This document shows, piece by piece, positions 1 through 13,440 of a stretch of 64,000 nucleotides of DNA. The translations under genes were made by a program, and so were the position numbers. The notes beneath the pieces were generated by a model that did not search any database, had not been told where the DNA came from, and saw only the letters and a program-made list of their open reading frames with translations. The stretch's first letter is position 1. Each line of letters opens with the position of its first letter. Source of the DNA: Euprymna scolopes. Its lineage: Eukaryota. The stretch lies in the NCBI GenBank assembly GCA_053919585.1, contig CM132825.1; one strand, written 5' to 3'.

Positions 1-129
1 ATAAAGATGGGGGATCACTGAGGTGGGGGCCTGACGGTTGAGCAGGCTGTGGAGGTTGAGTGATCTGGAAGGTGCTACATTTATATATGGACCTATGTTT
101 ACATTGGAAAATCAGTTCATTTTTGGTGT

Positions 130-1116
130 TTATTAGATTTTTACCTGAGGCTGTTATTATAGAGACTGCTTCTAATAAGCATAGCTGTCAAGATTTGGAG
201 CCTGGCGTGTAGGATTTAGACTTTTTAATGATATCCCATTTAATGAACAAATTTTTGTTTTCCGATCTAAGTTGCTGATTAGAGTCTTTAAAGAGGTACT
301 CTGGTTGATATGTGTATTTGTTTTTTTTTTAATGGAGAAGTGTCGTTGGGTATTCTCAATTTTACTAAGGTGGAAGTAGAACCGATGTAAGTGTAAATTT
401 GGGGGTTTGAGTAATTGTTGTTTGCGGCATTGTTTAGGGAGCTAGGGTTGGTAGGGGAAGAGCTAGAAATAGGGGATAATTGGTTTATCTAGGAAGAGAC
501 TGTTAATATTCGTTTTTTGCTGGTCTTCCTGGTGATTTGCGTTATTATTCAGATTATAGGTTGTATTGCTGAGTAGGTCCGATTGTGGGGGTTCATTGCG
601 TAATGATTTGTATGGAACAGGGTTTTGGATATGAGGGAGATCGGGTTGCTGTTGAGGGCTAGATGGTGTGAGGGTTGAACGTTGCAAGGTATTCAAGGTG
701 CTTATTGCAGGAGGCTGGCTAGGAAGTGTCTCTGTTACTGTACAAGAGTAAATAACATCTTTATGCACACAGTTATTGTTAAGTGTGCATTCTCGTTTCC
801 TTTGGCAATTACATTTTACTTTATGGGGTAGTGGAAAAGGGATTTCCTGGGAATTTAATTTTTTTTAATTGTTGGATGAAATTACTGTTTGTGCTAAACT
901 AGGCACGGTGGAGTATGATATCTTGAAAGAATTTTTGTTTAGTAAAGTAGCATATTTATGGCGTGATTTGAAAGATTTTTCTAGGATTTTGAAGAATTCT
1001 TTGGGAATATTTGTTTTAACGTTTGAGCTAAAAGGGGGATTGCACCATATGTTATTTTTCCTTCTTAATCTTTTTTTCGGGCAGGGTCTATTGTGGTTAG
1101 TACGCAGATTTGTCAC
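130..1116 (-). mobile_element. Penelope-like retroelement remnant (post-RT linker + GIY-YIG endonuclease), frameshifted
   Basis: RRKNNIWCNPPFSSNVKTNI...KISYS (865-1116), then CNC...VIYSCTV (~750-820), TYIGSTST (~370-395) and KWDIIKKSKSY...LCLLE (~165-245). This is the typical C-terminal PLE layout, spread over several frames. Confidence 0.85.
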
Positions 1117-1583
1117 GTCAGCGCCTGATTAAACATGTGCTCATAAAGCACGTTGAATGACATGCGTCACGTTGCCAAACTTGACATGATCTCGAGTTCA
1201 ATAACCTATTTTTCAAATAACATTTTTACAAAATATGATTACAATTTCAATTGACGATTAAATTCCTTTACAGAAAAAAAATTCATTATTACATTCCTTT
1301 TTCATATGCAGATATGTAAGCTAAACAATTGCAATTCCTTATTTCAATAACATCTGTATTTATTTTAACTTATGATTGGAATTTTCAATTCCAAATCCTT
1401 GACTATCCTATTTCATATTTACATTTAACTAATTCCCTATTTTTTTACTTACATGAAAAGGGGACAGCCTTTTTATCATGTAACAATATTAAATGATGGT
1501 TTATTAAATTTACAACAACTCTAGCTAATACTAGCTAGCGATACTTGTATTGGAATCGAAAGTATATTGATATCGCTTCATCA

Positions 1584-1626
<43 letters not shown>

Positions 1627-2000
1627 CGCTAATTCACTTTATCGCTAATTCACCTGTTTCTTCGTTTTATTGGCGGAATTGCTTTTACCTTTTCTTTATA
1701 TTGGGAAGTGAATTAGTTTTTTTCTTGATATTTTTCACTTACATTTTTATTTACTTTTCATTTTGTATATACATACTTTTGCTTTGTTACTCCTGCAGTA
1801 TAATAAATTTTGAGATTTTTTTAAAGTTTAGCATAGCTAATGTCTCATTCAAACGGAGTTTACACACACNNNNNNNNNNNNNNNNNNNNNNNNNNNNNNN
1901 NNNNNNNNNNNNNNNNNNNNNNNNNNNNNNNNNNNNNNNNNNNNNNNNNNNNNNNNNNNNNNNNNNNNNNNNNNNNNNNNNNNNNNNNNNNNNNNNNNNN

Positions 2001-4937
2001 AGGCAAATTGCCACTTTGGTTTAGGGGGCTACTATCAGGGGCAACAACTACTGGGGTACTATGTAGGGATTTGGGCAGCAAGGTGTCGGTTCACGTTACA
2101 CTTGAACTTCTGCACGTCAGTACTGTTGGGGAAGCAGGGACCTGGAATGGAATTCCAGAGTCTTGCGGTTCTGGGGAAGAAACTATTGGAGTAAAAAGAT
2201 CTTTTACATCTAGGGACCTCTACAGTGTGGGGGTGGGATCTAGTAGCCTGTCGGGTTTGTCGAGGGTGCTCGCGTCGTGGGGGCAGAAGTGATTGCAGTT
2301 CGTCAGAGCATTCACCACTAAAATACTTGTAGAAAAGGCAGAGGGATGCAACATTTCGTCGATAGGACAGAGGCTGAAGCTTAGATGCCAGTTCAGGGCC
2401 TATCAGGTTTGCGACTCTCTTTTGAACCTTGTCAAGGATCGAGAGACTAGTAGCAGATGCACCAGCCCAGATGTGACAGCAATACTCCATACATGGGCGA
2501 ATGGTGGCCTTATAGACGTACAGGATACTTTCGGGTGTTAGTAGTTTTCTAGCACGGTAGAGAGAGCCTACCTTTCTTGCAGCGGCCCTGGCAATGCCTT
2601 CAATGTAATTGCTCCAACTCATGTTTCCTGTGAACGTTAGGCCAAGGAGTTTGAAAGATGGACTCTCAGATAAAGAGTCGTTGGCCATTGCTATGGGTGG
2701 TAGAGAGGGTTTCTTGTAATTATTGAATGAAACTAGTTTAGTCTTGGCAGCATTGAATGCGACCAACCACTTTTGTCCCCATTCCACTACAGATTGGAGG
2801 TCTTCCTCTAGTGTTTCTGCCATTTCTTTAGAAATGTGTTCATTCGTCTTCCTGTCGTGTCTGCCATAGAGTGTAGTGTCATCAGCATATATACCCATCT
2901 CAGAGGCAATGTTGTCGGGGAGGTCATTTATGAATATCAGGAACAATAGAGGTCCAAGGATAGAACCCTGGGGCACTCCCGCATTTATATCATATTGTTT
3001 AGATGTGCGACCGTCGAGGACTACCTGGATTTTTCTCTTATCTAAGAAAGATTTAATTATGTTAAGTATTCTACCAGTGATACCGTATGATCTGATTTTA
3101 CTGAGGAGACCCTCATGCCATACCCTGTCAAAAGCCTTAGATATATCTAGAGCTACCGCTCTGCCTTCCCCCGCTTTGTCCAGTGAATGGTATATACGTT
3201 CAGAGATCACAGTGAGGATGTCTGCTGTGGAACGGGCTCGTCTAAATCCATATTGTTTGTCAGTCAGTAGTTTAGCATCTGTAAGATGATGGACTAGAGC
3301 ATGGTTAATTATGGTCTCAAATATTTTGGCAAAAAGTGGGAGGAGGCTAATGGGGCGATAATTTGATGGGTCTGTCCTTTCGCCAGAATTCTTGAATACT
3401 GGTACAACAGAAGCAGTTTTCCAACAGCCCGGAAAGCAAGCTTCATTAAGACATTTGTTGTAGAGTTTGGAGAGAACTGGAGCTACTTTTTTAATAGCAC
3501 AGCTGGGATAAGATCGGGTCCACATGCTTTTGAGGTGTCAAGGTTTTTTATGATAGCATGCACCTGAGCAGGGGTGGTTTTCAGATCGTCTAGTGTGGTG
3601 TCTGTCCGCATAGGAAATTGAGGTAGGGGGTGGTTGGTAGGGTCCAGTGTGGAGTTTGAGGCAAACCGACTGGCAAGCATGTTAGCCTTGTCGGTTGCTG
3701 AGGAGACAACCTCGTGATTGTTGGTTAGTGGGGGAATTGTTGATTGCCCATTATTTACTACACTGTTGTAGATTTTCCAGAAGTCTCGAGTTCCTAATTT
3801 TTGTGCTTCGATGCGCTTTTTAGTGGTTTCCGTAAATTCTCTCTTAGCTGTCGCTATTTCTTTCTTAACGTTATTTCTAGCTTCTATATACTTCAGACTG
3901 GACTTATGTCGGTTAAACCTACGGTATGCATGCTGCTTTTGAGTAATGGCAGTTGCACAAGTCGACGTAAACCATTGGGGAGAGTGGGGCTTACTATAAA
4001 ATTTCCGCATGGGAACATGCGCTTCGATTGCAGTTTTGAACCATTCTGTGGTCTCGTTTGCACATTGTTCAGCAGGGAGAGAGAAAATATTTTTCCATGG
4101 AGCATCTCTAATTAGTTTCCTGATGGCTTCCCAGTCAGCCTTATTATAATATCTCGTTGTTTTGAGCACTGGCTCTTCAGTTTTGGGTCTAGAGTTTAGG
4201 GCGATTTCAACCATTATCACTGCATGGTCAGCGTTCCCGAGTGGGCTGTGGGCCTTCGTTATGCAGTCATCGGGAACTGTGGTCAAAAACAGATCTAGAA
4301 GTGATGCGTGTTGTTCTTCCTGGTCAGGGAAACGGGTTGGAAACGTAACAATTTGTGATAGGGAGTGAGATATAGCGAAGCTATGGGTTGTGCTGCCCGC
4401 TGCATCTGTGTGAGTAGAGAATCCAAGCCAGTTTTTGTGGTGGACATTAAAGTCACCAAACACATGTATTTGTGCGCTAGTGTCGAGGGACAGTGCCGTG
4501 TCTATGCTGTCAGATACTTTGTTTATTATGGAGCAGTCCTGAGTCGAGGGAGAGCGGTAGAGAAAATAATAGTAGCTAATACTGTGTTGCACGTTTAGTC
4601 TAAAGCACATAAAGGCTTGATCATCTGTTTCTAGGTTTGTTTCTCTAGTCAAGGGAAGGGTATTACGAATGTAAACTCCAAGTCCGTGCATATGTCTGTC
4701 AGAGTCCTTACGGCAGAGTGGGAGATATCCAGGCATGTTAAAGTGGTTAGAGGGAATGGAGGAGTGTAGGTTAGTCTCACTTAGTGCTAAGATATCCGGG
4801 GTATTTGTTAAGAGAAATGCTTCAACATCAGCTAAGTTAGTTCTAAGCCCACGGATATTTGTGAATGAGAGCCTCAAGGGAGGAGGCAAGTTGAATTTGT
4901 TTGTCCCTAATCCTGGTTTAAGCTTATTTTTAGATTT
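2001..4937 (-). mobile_element. CR1-type non-LTR retrotransposon, copy 1 (5'-truncated at ORF start; 3' UTR runs into N gap)
   Basis: Near-identical to 17385-20335 in inverted orientation; encodes APE + RT. Confidence 0.93.
2059..4889 (-). pseudogene. LINE ORF2 (AP endonuclease + reverse transcriptase) split by one frameshift at ~3485
   Basis: APE motifs FTNIRGL, LSET, YRSP, GDFN, LDL, ADH in 3483-4889; RT motifs QYGFR, DISKAFDRV, GVPQGSILGP, YADD in 2059-3525; 13-nt deletion relative to copy 2. Confidence 0.92.
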
Positions 4938-5989
4938 TTATATATGAAAATAGAGAGAGAAAGAGAAGGAGAGTGGAAAGATATTTGGAGTAATATACCA
5001 GATACAATATCGAATAAAGCTAAACTAATATACTCTATTTGACATAACCAGGTGGCGTCCGTTGATGGAATTTGATATTTTCTCTAGGGGCACAGCAAAT
5101 TATGTCTACTGCCATCGCCACAGCAGTCTGATCACGTCAGTGGACAACTGTCAGAAAGCCTAGTCCAAATGACACTTAGAAGCACATAAGAAAATATCAA
5201 TATATTTTCTATTGCAGGATGACCTAAATAATCTAGACGACACTTAAAACCACGACGAGACAGAAAAGCTGGGGATGGAGAAGTTGCTGGCAATATAACA
5301 TTAACCAAATTGTCGAATATGCAATGAGAGTCGACGTTAATGACAGCGTTCATGTTGTTTATATCCTCTCTGTGTGAGATTTGCGCTTCGTTCACAGAAC
5401 ACAGCCTTCTATAATTTTCACATGGAAGAGGGGCGGAAGATTGTATCAGAAGAAACTATTCACGCAAGCGGCTGTGCATCTGTTTGGCCTGTAAGATGTC
5501 AGAGTCGAGGTAAGAAAAAGAAGTAAAACAAACGAAAAAGTCTTGGATTTTTATATAAATTGTTTTTTATATGTGACATTAATTTGCATATGAGGGGAAT
5601 AGCTTCTTGAAGAAGGACGAAATGTGGAGAATAGATAGCTGAGTGTCCAACTGTCGAGAGAAAACATATAAGTAGAAAGTTGTTGCGAATTAAGGATTAA
5701 GTAAAGAGGAATTCTGTCATCATTATGTCAGGATTACAGAGATGAGAGCAAACTGCAGCACCGCTACAGTGGGATATAGACAAATCTAACTAGAAAGAGG
5801 AAAATTTATGGTCTACTATTATCTGGATGGAAGCTGCATTATTAACAATCTGCAAAATCTAATCATGCCTTTGGTAACATTTATTTATTATATATTTGCT
5901 TGTTTGTTTGATTGTTTGCTTGTTTTTTGGGCATTGTTTTGTTTTGTTGTCTATACTACGAAATGCCCACTTAGAATTTTAATATGAGC

Positions 5990-6275
5990 AAATGTTACAA
6001 AATGCAAGATGACTTACTCTTCTATACCGTTGGATAAGTTTTTGGTGTTTTAACTTATTTTAAAGCGTGTTTATTTACTTCGAAAAACAAATGGCTGGCA
6101 TGAGACGGTCAACTAGCAAAGTCTCGATAATCGCTCAAAAATCGAAAATTAAACAAAATAATGGCAGAAACTTATCCAATAAATCAGTTTAATAAACTCT
6201 TTAAAATAAGTTTACTCTCAAATAAACTTATCCAGGTAGGTACGAGAGTTACTTATCTCTCATTTGGTGACATTT
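5990..6275. mobile_element. Degenerate foldback/MITE-like element
   Basis: Imperfect inverted arms: tggataagttt...aacttattttaaag (6031-6065) vs ctttaaaataagtt...aaacttatcca (6199-6234). Confidence 0.5.
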
Positions 6276-7591
6276 ATTTGTTATATATTTGTTTTTTTTT
6301 ACCACTTATTGTTTATACTGCTCGATATTCTTAATGATTTAAGCAAAGGAAGAACCGTGTGAAACTGAAAGTAGTTATTTTTTTATTTATTTTTTTGGGG
6401 GGATCCTTTGAGATGAGGCCTCATAATTCGTGTATTCATTCTTTTGCGGTCTGTTATACTCATCTTTATAGTCGTTGTTGCTTCGCCGCGTTTTGGTTAA
6501 CTCATCCTCTGGCCTTCTGCGGGTGGGCATACAGTTACAAGATTCAGTATTCCTATCCCGTCGCGGTTAATTACACGTAGAAATCTAAAGGATAAGTTGG
6601 CTGAAACGTGGTGTAACAACAACAATTATGAAGATAATTGGATAACAGTTCGCAAAAGAATGAATACATAAACATAGTTTCTATTACAGATCATCACAAA
6701 ATTATAAACCGAATTTTTTAACTTTGCAGCATCATACTCTCTCATCTGATGCACTTAACTTTCACTTAGCGAATTAAGTCTTTGATCTCACACTAAGTCT
6801 AGTCCAATTACATTGCTAGGATGCTATATCGTCGTACTAGCTAAAACAATTAAATACAAAACCGAATTACAAATTCATTTTTCTACCCTGCATAAAAACC
6901 GCAGTCTTAGGCTGTCTAAAATAAACACAAGGTCAATTCCACATTTTCAAAACGCCAAAACCACTAAAATCGATTTACGCCCCCGTCCGTCCACGATGAT
7001 ACTCTAAGTAAGGCAAATAAATAAAACCATTATTCTCTGGGGCATGAGCAGGTGCGTAGTCAATCCAAATGTTTTAAATAGTTAAATTAGTTTTCAAAAT
7101 TATATTTTAACACCGGGTTTACGAGAGATAAACACAGTGGTTACCCATTTAGTAGAGACTAGAGCAAAACAACAAAAGTAAATAAAGAAATAAATAAAAG
7201 AAGTAACAATTGAAGTACTCGTCTATACTGGTAAGAATATAGGAATATTGGATGTTGGTGCGCCTATCCTCCTCTCTATACAAGTGTATTTTTCTTGCTC
7301 CTTTGTTTTCTACTTCATGTTCCGCATGCTATTATCTGTTTTGGCATGTATCGTTGTACTTTGTAATAAAAACCAGATCATATTTTTGATGAGATATTTC
7401 TATAAAAAAAAAACGAACTATTCATGCATAGATGCGAGTTTGATTTAATTAGTGATTGCTATCTGCGCCATTACCCACATTTTAGCCTTATTTTCTCAAT
7501 ATAATCCGGTTTATTATATCCTTGATTTCTCTATTTTAGTTGGGAAAATAGTTATGGTGTTTTATTTCCTTTCTATTTGACTTTTTCATCA

Positions 7592-9056
7592 CAATGCTAT
7601 ATAAAGAGAACATTGTTTTTTTTTTGGGGGGGGGTTCGCAATATTGAATGTTGGTGTGCTAAAGTCTTGTTATAAACGAAATTCCCCATATAAGGTTAGA
7701 CTACGTAGACAATCTGGAACTACCAAATTAAAGACACCATACCCCAAGGAAGAAAAAATAACGCAAACTGAAACCATGCCTGATTAAGATGCAGCTCGTC
7801 GAGATTAAGTTGACTTGAAAATATGAAATAATTGTTTTTTTTTTTTTTTTAATCTGCTTGTATTAATGTTATATAAAGAGAACATTGTTTTTTTTGGGGG
7901 GGGGTGTCGCAATATTGAATGTTGGTGTGCTAAAGTCTTGTTATAAACGAAATTCCCCATATAAGGTTAGACTACGTAGACAATCTGGAACTACCAAATT
8001 AAAGACACCATACCCCAAGGAAGAAAAAATAACGCAAACTGAAACCATGCCTGATTAAGATGCAGCTCGTCGAGATTAAGTTGACTTGAAAATATGAAAT
8101 AATTGTTTTTTTTTTTTTTTTAATCTGCTTGTATTAATGTTATATAAAGAGAACATTGTTTTTTTTGGGGGGGGGTTCGCAATATTGAATGTTGGTTTGC
8201 TAAAATCTTGTTATAAACGAAATTCCCCATATAAGGTTAGACTACGTAGACAATCTGAAACTACCGAATTAAAGCGGTACTTCTACAGTTTATCGCCGAA
8301 AATGGAGACGTCATTTTATTTCGAGCACCTATCGATTAGAATCAGAGGGAGAAATCAGTATTTTAAACCATTGTTCAAGTAGGAAATAAATAACAAAAAA
8401 ATTGAACTAGATATTAATTACTTCTGGAAATAACTATGAAAAAAAAGTAAATGAAGAACGTGAAAGAACATATATCCGTAATTATTTAATTGGAAATGTT
8501 TTGATTTAAATAATGAAAACGGGAAAGCTTTTCTTGAAACGTATATATTTTTTTATTATTATAAACAGAAAATAAAAAAGACATTATTATTAAAAACAGA
8601 AAATGAAATGACATATTCATAATTGTCTAAACTGGGCGAGCGCCATTTGAAAACCAAAATATTTATTGTATAACATTGTATAAAAATATAATTGTAAAGA
8701 CATTTATTGAAAAGTCTGCGTAAGAAAATATAATTTTAATAAAACAATTTTGTAAATTTTTTCATTCATTTCCTACTTCGGTCATAGTTTAAAATACTGA
8801 TTTCTCCCTCCGATTCTAATCGACAGGTGCTAGAAATAAAATGGCGTCTCCATTTTCGGCGATAAACTGTAGAAGTACCGTTAAAGCTAATAATTAGTTA
8901 AGAATATTGCATCAATGACACCATACCCCAAGGAAGAAAAAATAACGCAAACTGAAACCATGCCTGATTAAGATGCAGCTCGTCGAGATTAAGTTGACTT
9001 GAAAATATGAAATAATTGTTTTGTTTTTTTTTGTTTTTTTTAATCTGCTTGTATTA
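7592..9056 (+). repeat. Three tandem ~272-bp units; the third carries a MITE
   Basis: Units start at ~7592, ~7865 and ~8136 and are nearly identical. Confidence 0.9.
8276..8879. mobile_element. MITE with ~95-bp TIRs, Merlin-like
   Basis: GGTACTTCTACAGTTTATCGCCGAAAATGGAGACG at 8276 and its reverse complement ending at 8879; 8-bp flanks ATTAAAGC (8268-8275) / GTTAAAGC (8880-8887). GG termini with an 8-bp TSD fit Merlin. Confidence 0.75.
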
Positions 9057-9289
9057 ACTTCTTAACTTAGAAAATCAAATTCAATTTACACAACACTTAC
9101 ATTGAGGAAAGAAAATCACGTATTTATTTCATGTGAACTACACACAATCTTCCTAGTTGGAACATTGGAAACAAATATCACTATTTAAGACCAAGGTGAC
9201 ACCATGCCAAAATCGAAATGAACAGAAGTAGAAAAAGCGCAAAACGTTTCCATGCCTGGAAATCTTGTGAGGTAGCCATACTGGGAATC

Positions 9290-9560
9290 TTGTGAAGCAG
9301 CCATACGCTATCAAAAGAGCTATTGTTCATGAAACAAAACCCTTGCCGAGAGATTAACTAATCCTATGTGATATTACTGTTCGCACATCAACTGTAAAGA
9401 TAGCAGAACGAAAACCATATTGCATGTCACTGAGTAGGTTATTTTTGTTGAGGTGGTTGACCACTTCTCTATTTAACACAGATTCTAGTAACTTACACAT
9501 GACACACAGGAAACTGATTGGTATGTACTGAGAGGCAGATGACCGGTCCCCAGTAGTGCC
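9290..9560 (-). mobile_element. Old CR1-type RT fragment
   Basis: YIPISFL...LLESVLNREVVNHLNKNNLLSDMQYGFRSA...TVISHRI is homologous to the RT of copies 1 and 2 but diverged. Confidence 0.8.
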
Positions 9561-11349
9561 CCAAATCTGGGGAAGATCTCGTCGATCAACTGATGCACCA
9601 CATGTTTTTGCCTTATTTTTTAAGAAAAGCATAATACTCCAACCAACCACTATACATATCTTTTTAAGTAATTATGTACTGGTTGCCTAAAACTGTCTTT
9701 AAGTAAGGCCCGGAAACGTCTAACGTCAGTTTATCAAAAAGAAAAGGGATATCAAATCATACTCCTATATTTGGACTTGTTGTGTCTTCAGATTAGTAGT
9801 TTAACACGAGATACATATGTTTTCGTTAACATCCTTATGTAAACACGTCGAGAAATATTTTGTTAATTAATAGCGCGTATTCGTTTGCATCATGAAATAA
9901 ACACAGCAAGAAATATTTTGCGTAACGGCATGTATCCGTTTACATCCTTATAAAAATCAGGACCAGAATTTTTTTGTTTAATAGAGTGTATAGATTTACC
10001 TCCTTACGTAAACACGGCCAGATATATTTTGTTTAATAGCGTGTATCTGTTTACATCATTAAAAAAAAACAAAAAAAACAAGGCCTTACATATTTTATTT
10101 AATGGCGTGTATTCGTTTACATACTTAAAAAAAAACATGACCAGAAATATTTTTGTTTAATGGCATGTATTTTTTTACATATAAAAGTAAACACGAATGG
10201 AAATATTTTGTTAAATGACATATATGTTTACTAGATTCTTAATTAAACACTATGCGAAATAAACTCGACCAGAAATATTTCTGTTTAATAACGTGTATTC
10301 GTTAACATCTTTAAGTAAGTGCAACAAAAATATTTTGTTTAATGGTGTGTTTTCATTTATATCCTTAAACAAAAAAGGCCATAGATATTGTTGTTTAATA
10401 GCGTGTATTCATTTACATCTTTAAGCATACACGACCGGAAATATTTTCAGAAATGCCGTGTATTCGTTTACTTTTGTAAAAAAAAAAAAAAAAAAAAAAA
10501 ACACGACCAGAAATATCTTCTTTAATAGCATGTATTCGTTTACATTCTTAAGTAAGCACAACAAGATATGTTTTGTTTAATGGAGTGTATAGATTTACAT
10601 CCTAAAATAAAAACGACCAGAAATATTTTATTTAATGGCGTGTATTTCTTTACATCATTAAGTAAACACAACAAGAATTTTGTTTGTTTAATGGCGTGTA
10701 TGCGTTTAAATTCTTAATTAAACACGACCAGAAATATTTTTGTTTAACATCATGCATTTGCTTACATCCTCAAGTTAACATGACTAAAAATATTTTGTGT
10801 AATGGCATGTATTCGTGTATATCTGTACATAAACACGACCAGAAATGTGTATGGTTTCCATCATTAAATAAACATGACCAGAAATATTTTTGTTAAATTT
10901 CGTGTGTTCGTTTACATTAATAAGTAAACACGACGTGGAATATTTTTGTTTAACGCCGTGTGTACGTTAACATTCTTAGGCAAACTCGACCAAATATATT
11001 TTGTTTAGTTCCGTGTATTCATTTACATTATTAAGTAAGCATGACCAGAAATATTTTGTTTAATGACGTGTATTTGTTAACACAATTAAGAAAACATCAC
11101 CAGAAATATTTTGTTTAATGGCGTGTATTTGTTAACACCATTAAGAAAACATCACCAGAAATGTTTAATGCTGTGTATCCGTTTACATTTTACAGTAAAC
11201 ATAACAAGAAATATCTTTTAATTGTGTGCATTAGCTTTCATCCTTAAGTTAACACCACCAAAGATATTTTGCTTAAATCCCTGAGTAAACATTACCATAA
11301 TAAGTTTTTGTAAATATACCGTGTGTTCCGTTACATTCTTAAGTGAACA

Positions 11350-12060
11350 TGCGCGAGCCTTTTCTAGTCTCACACAAAAACATGCGTTCACATCTCAAGC
11401 TATATTACATGTCATATACATACGCGCACACAAACATACGCGCCCACATCCACACACGTACATATATTCACGTTCGCGTACATACACTCACATTCACGTG
11501 TATACTCACACACGCGCACACGTACGCACACAAGGACAACGTCACTTCCCCTTTTAAAGGAAATCCACACATGCGCAAAATACTACTGAAAACAACTATA
11601 AAAGCAAGCGACAAGCTGTTTCCAGCCCTTTTTCAGACCAGCTTCCTAGCTGGGCGGTCTACAGACCGACAGCGTGCCTATGCGGGACAAAAAGCCAACA
11701 GACAGTACGTACACTTTAAACGCTTCTCTCTCCATGAATTGGATAGACATTCTCACTCTATCTCCCCTTCGGTTTTGGTTCATCAAAACAGACACGTGCG
11801 TGACTCTCTACTGAGCTTAACCCTCTCTTTCTACAGGCCGGCTTGCTACTTCGCGTTTCTCTATTGCATTCCCCTTTCCTTCCACGCGCGTAGTCGTCAA
11901 TGGCCAAATGAACACGTGTACACCCAAGACTTTCATTTCTCAACAGAAAATAAACGACATGTTTATTTTATTCCAGCATTTGAGTTCTTTGTTTCTTTCA
12001 TTCAATTCGTTTCATTATTTTTTCTTGTAGCGAGTTAGGGTATTTATATCCTGGTCCGCA
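11350..12060 (+). mobile_element. Possible solo LTR inserted in the satellite
   Basis: 711-bp non-satellite block with TGCG...CGCA termini and AATAAA (~11949) about 110 nt from the 3' end; only a 3-bp flanking match (ACA). Confidence 0.4.
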
Positions 12061-12333
12061 ACAAACACGACAAGAAATATTTTGTTAATGGCTTGTATTC
12101 GTTTCTACCATTAACTAAACACAACCAGAAATTCTTGGTTTAATGGTGCGTATTCGCTTACATCCTTTATTAAACGTAACCCCCCCAAAAAAAAATGTTT
12201 AATGGCATGTATGTCTTTACATTCTTAAGTAAACATGACCATAAATATTTTTGTAATGACATGTATATGCTTACATCTTTAAGTAAACATTACTAGAATT
12301 AATTTTGGTAAAATACTGAGTATTCTTTTACAT

Positions 12334-12657
12334 CAGGGGTTCTCAACCTGGGTTCACATGGACCCTAGGGGTCAATGGAATATTTCTGGGAGTCCACAGA
12401 ATTATTATCATTATTATTATATTTCTTATCATTATTATCATAATTATTATAGTTGTTGTAGAATACTTTATTTGCATTAAATTAGTTTTCATTTAAAAAT
12501 AAAGCTTAATTATATAATTTATTTGATTATTAAAACCTCAAAATTTATATTAGTGAAAAATAGAAGATTGTCTTATGACCAATAGTTATGAAGGGGTCCA
12601 CCAAGATAAAAAGAAGGGAAAAGGGGTCCATGAGTAAAAAAAGGTTGAGAACCACTG
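12334..12657. mobile_element. hAT (Charlie-like) MITE, 324 bp
   Basis: TIRs CAGGGGTTCTCAACCT / AGGTTGAGAACCACTG; perfect 8-bp TSD TTTTACAT (12326-12333, 12658-12665). Confidence 0.92.
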
Positions 12658-13440
12658 TTTTACATTGTTAAGTGAACATGAACAGAGATATCTTGTTTAA
12701 TTTCGTGTATTTGTTTACATCCTTAAGTAAAGAGGACAAGAAATATTTTGTTTAACGGCGTGTATTTGTTTACATTTTTAAGTAAATATGAAAATGTTTT
12801 TGCTATTAGTTTGTATTCGTTAACATGACGCAAAAAAATTGTTTAATGGCATGTATATCTTTATATTCTTAAATAAACATGGCCAAAAATATTTTATTTA
12901 ATGGTGTGCATTTCTTTAAATACTTAAATAAATATGACCAGAAATATTTTTAATGACGTGTATATGCTTACATCTTTAAGTAAACATTAGCAGAACTATT
13001 TTTGGTAAAATACTGGGTATTATTTTACATTGTTAAGTGAACACGTCCAGAGATATCTTGTTCGATTACGTGTATCCGTTTACATCCTTAAGTAATCATG
13101 ACAGGAAATAATTGTTTAATGGCGTGTATTCATTTATAATTTTAAGTAAATATGACAAATAGGGTTTTTAATAACGTGTAATTATTTACATTCTTATATT
13201 AACACGACCATGAATTTTTTGTTTAATGGCGTGTATTCTATTTACAAATAAAGTAAACATCACTAGAAATATTTTTGCTTAATGGCGTTTATTCGTTTAC
13301 ATTCCTTATAAACACGACTAGAAATATTTATTTAATGGCGTATATACGTTTACATCATTGATATGTTTACATCTTTTAGTAAACGTGACGAGAAATACTT
13401 TTTGTAATAGCGTGTATTCGTTTATGTCCTTAAATAAACA

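Noticed and set aside
3483-3525. Overlap of APE and RT ORFs as a programmed frameshift on AAAAAAG
   Set aside because: Copy 2 shows 13 extra nt here that restore one frame, so it is a deletion
2293-4947. Plus-strand ORFs, and their counterparts at 17347-20440 and 41811-42343
   Set aside because: Antisense shadows of LINE ORF2
5050-5450. Possible decayed integrase or exon
   Set aside because: No convincing motif in any frame
11343-12038. 231-aa ORF
   Set aside because: GTG start inside the satellite, His/Thr-rich from a CA repeat, no domain motifs
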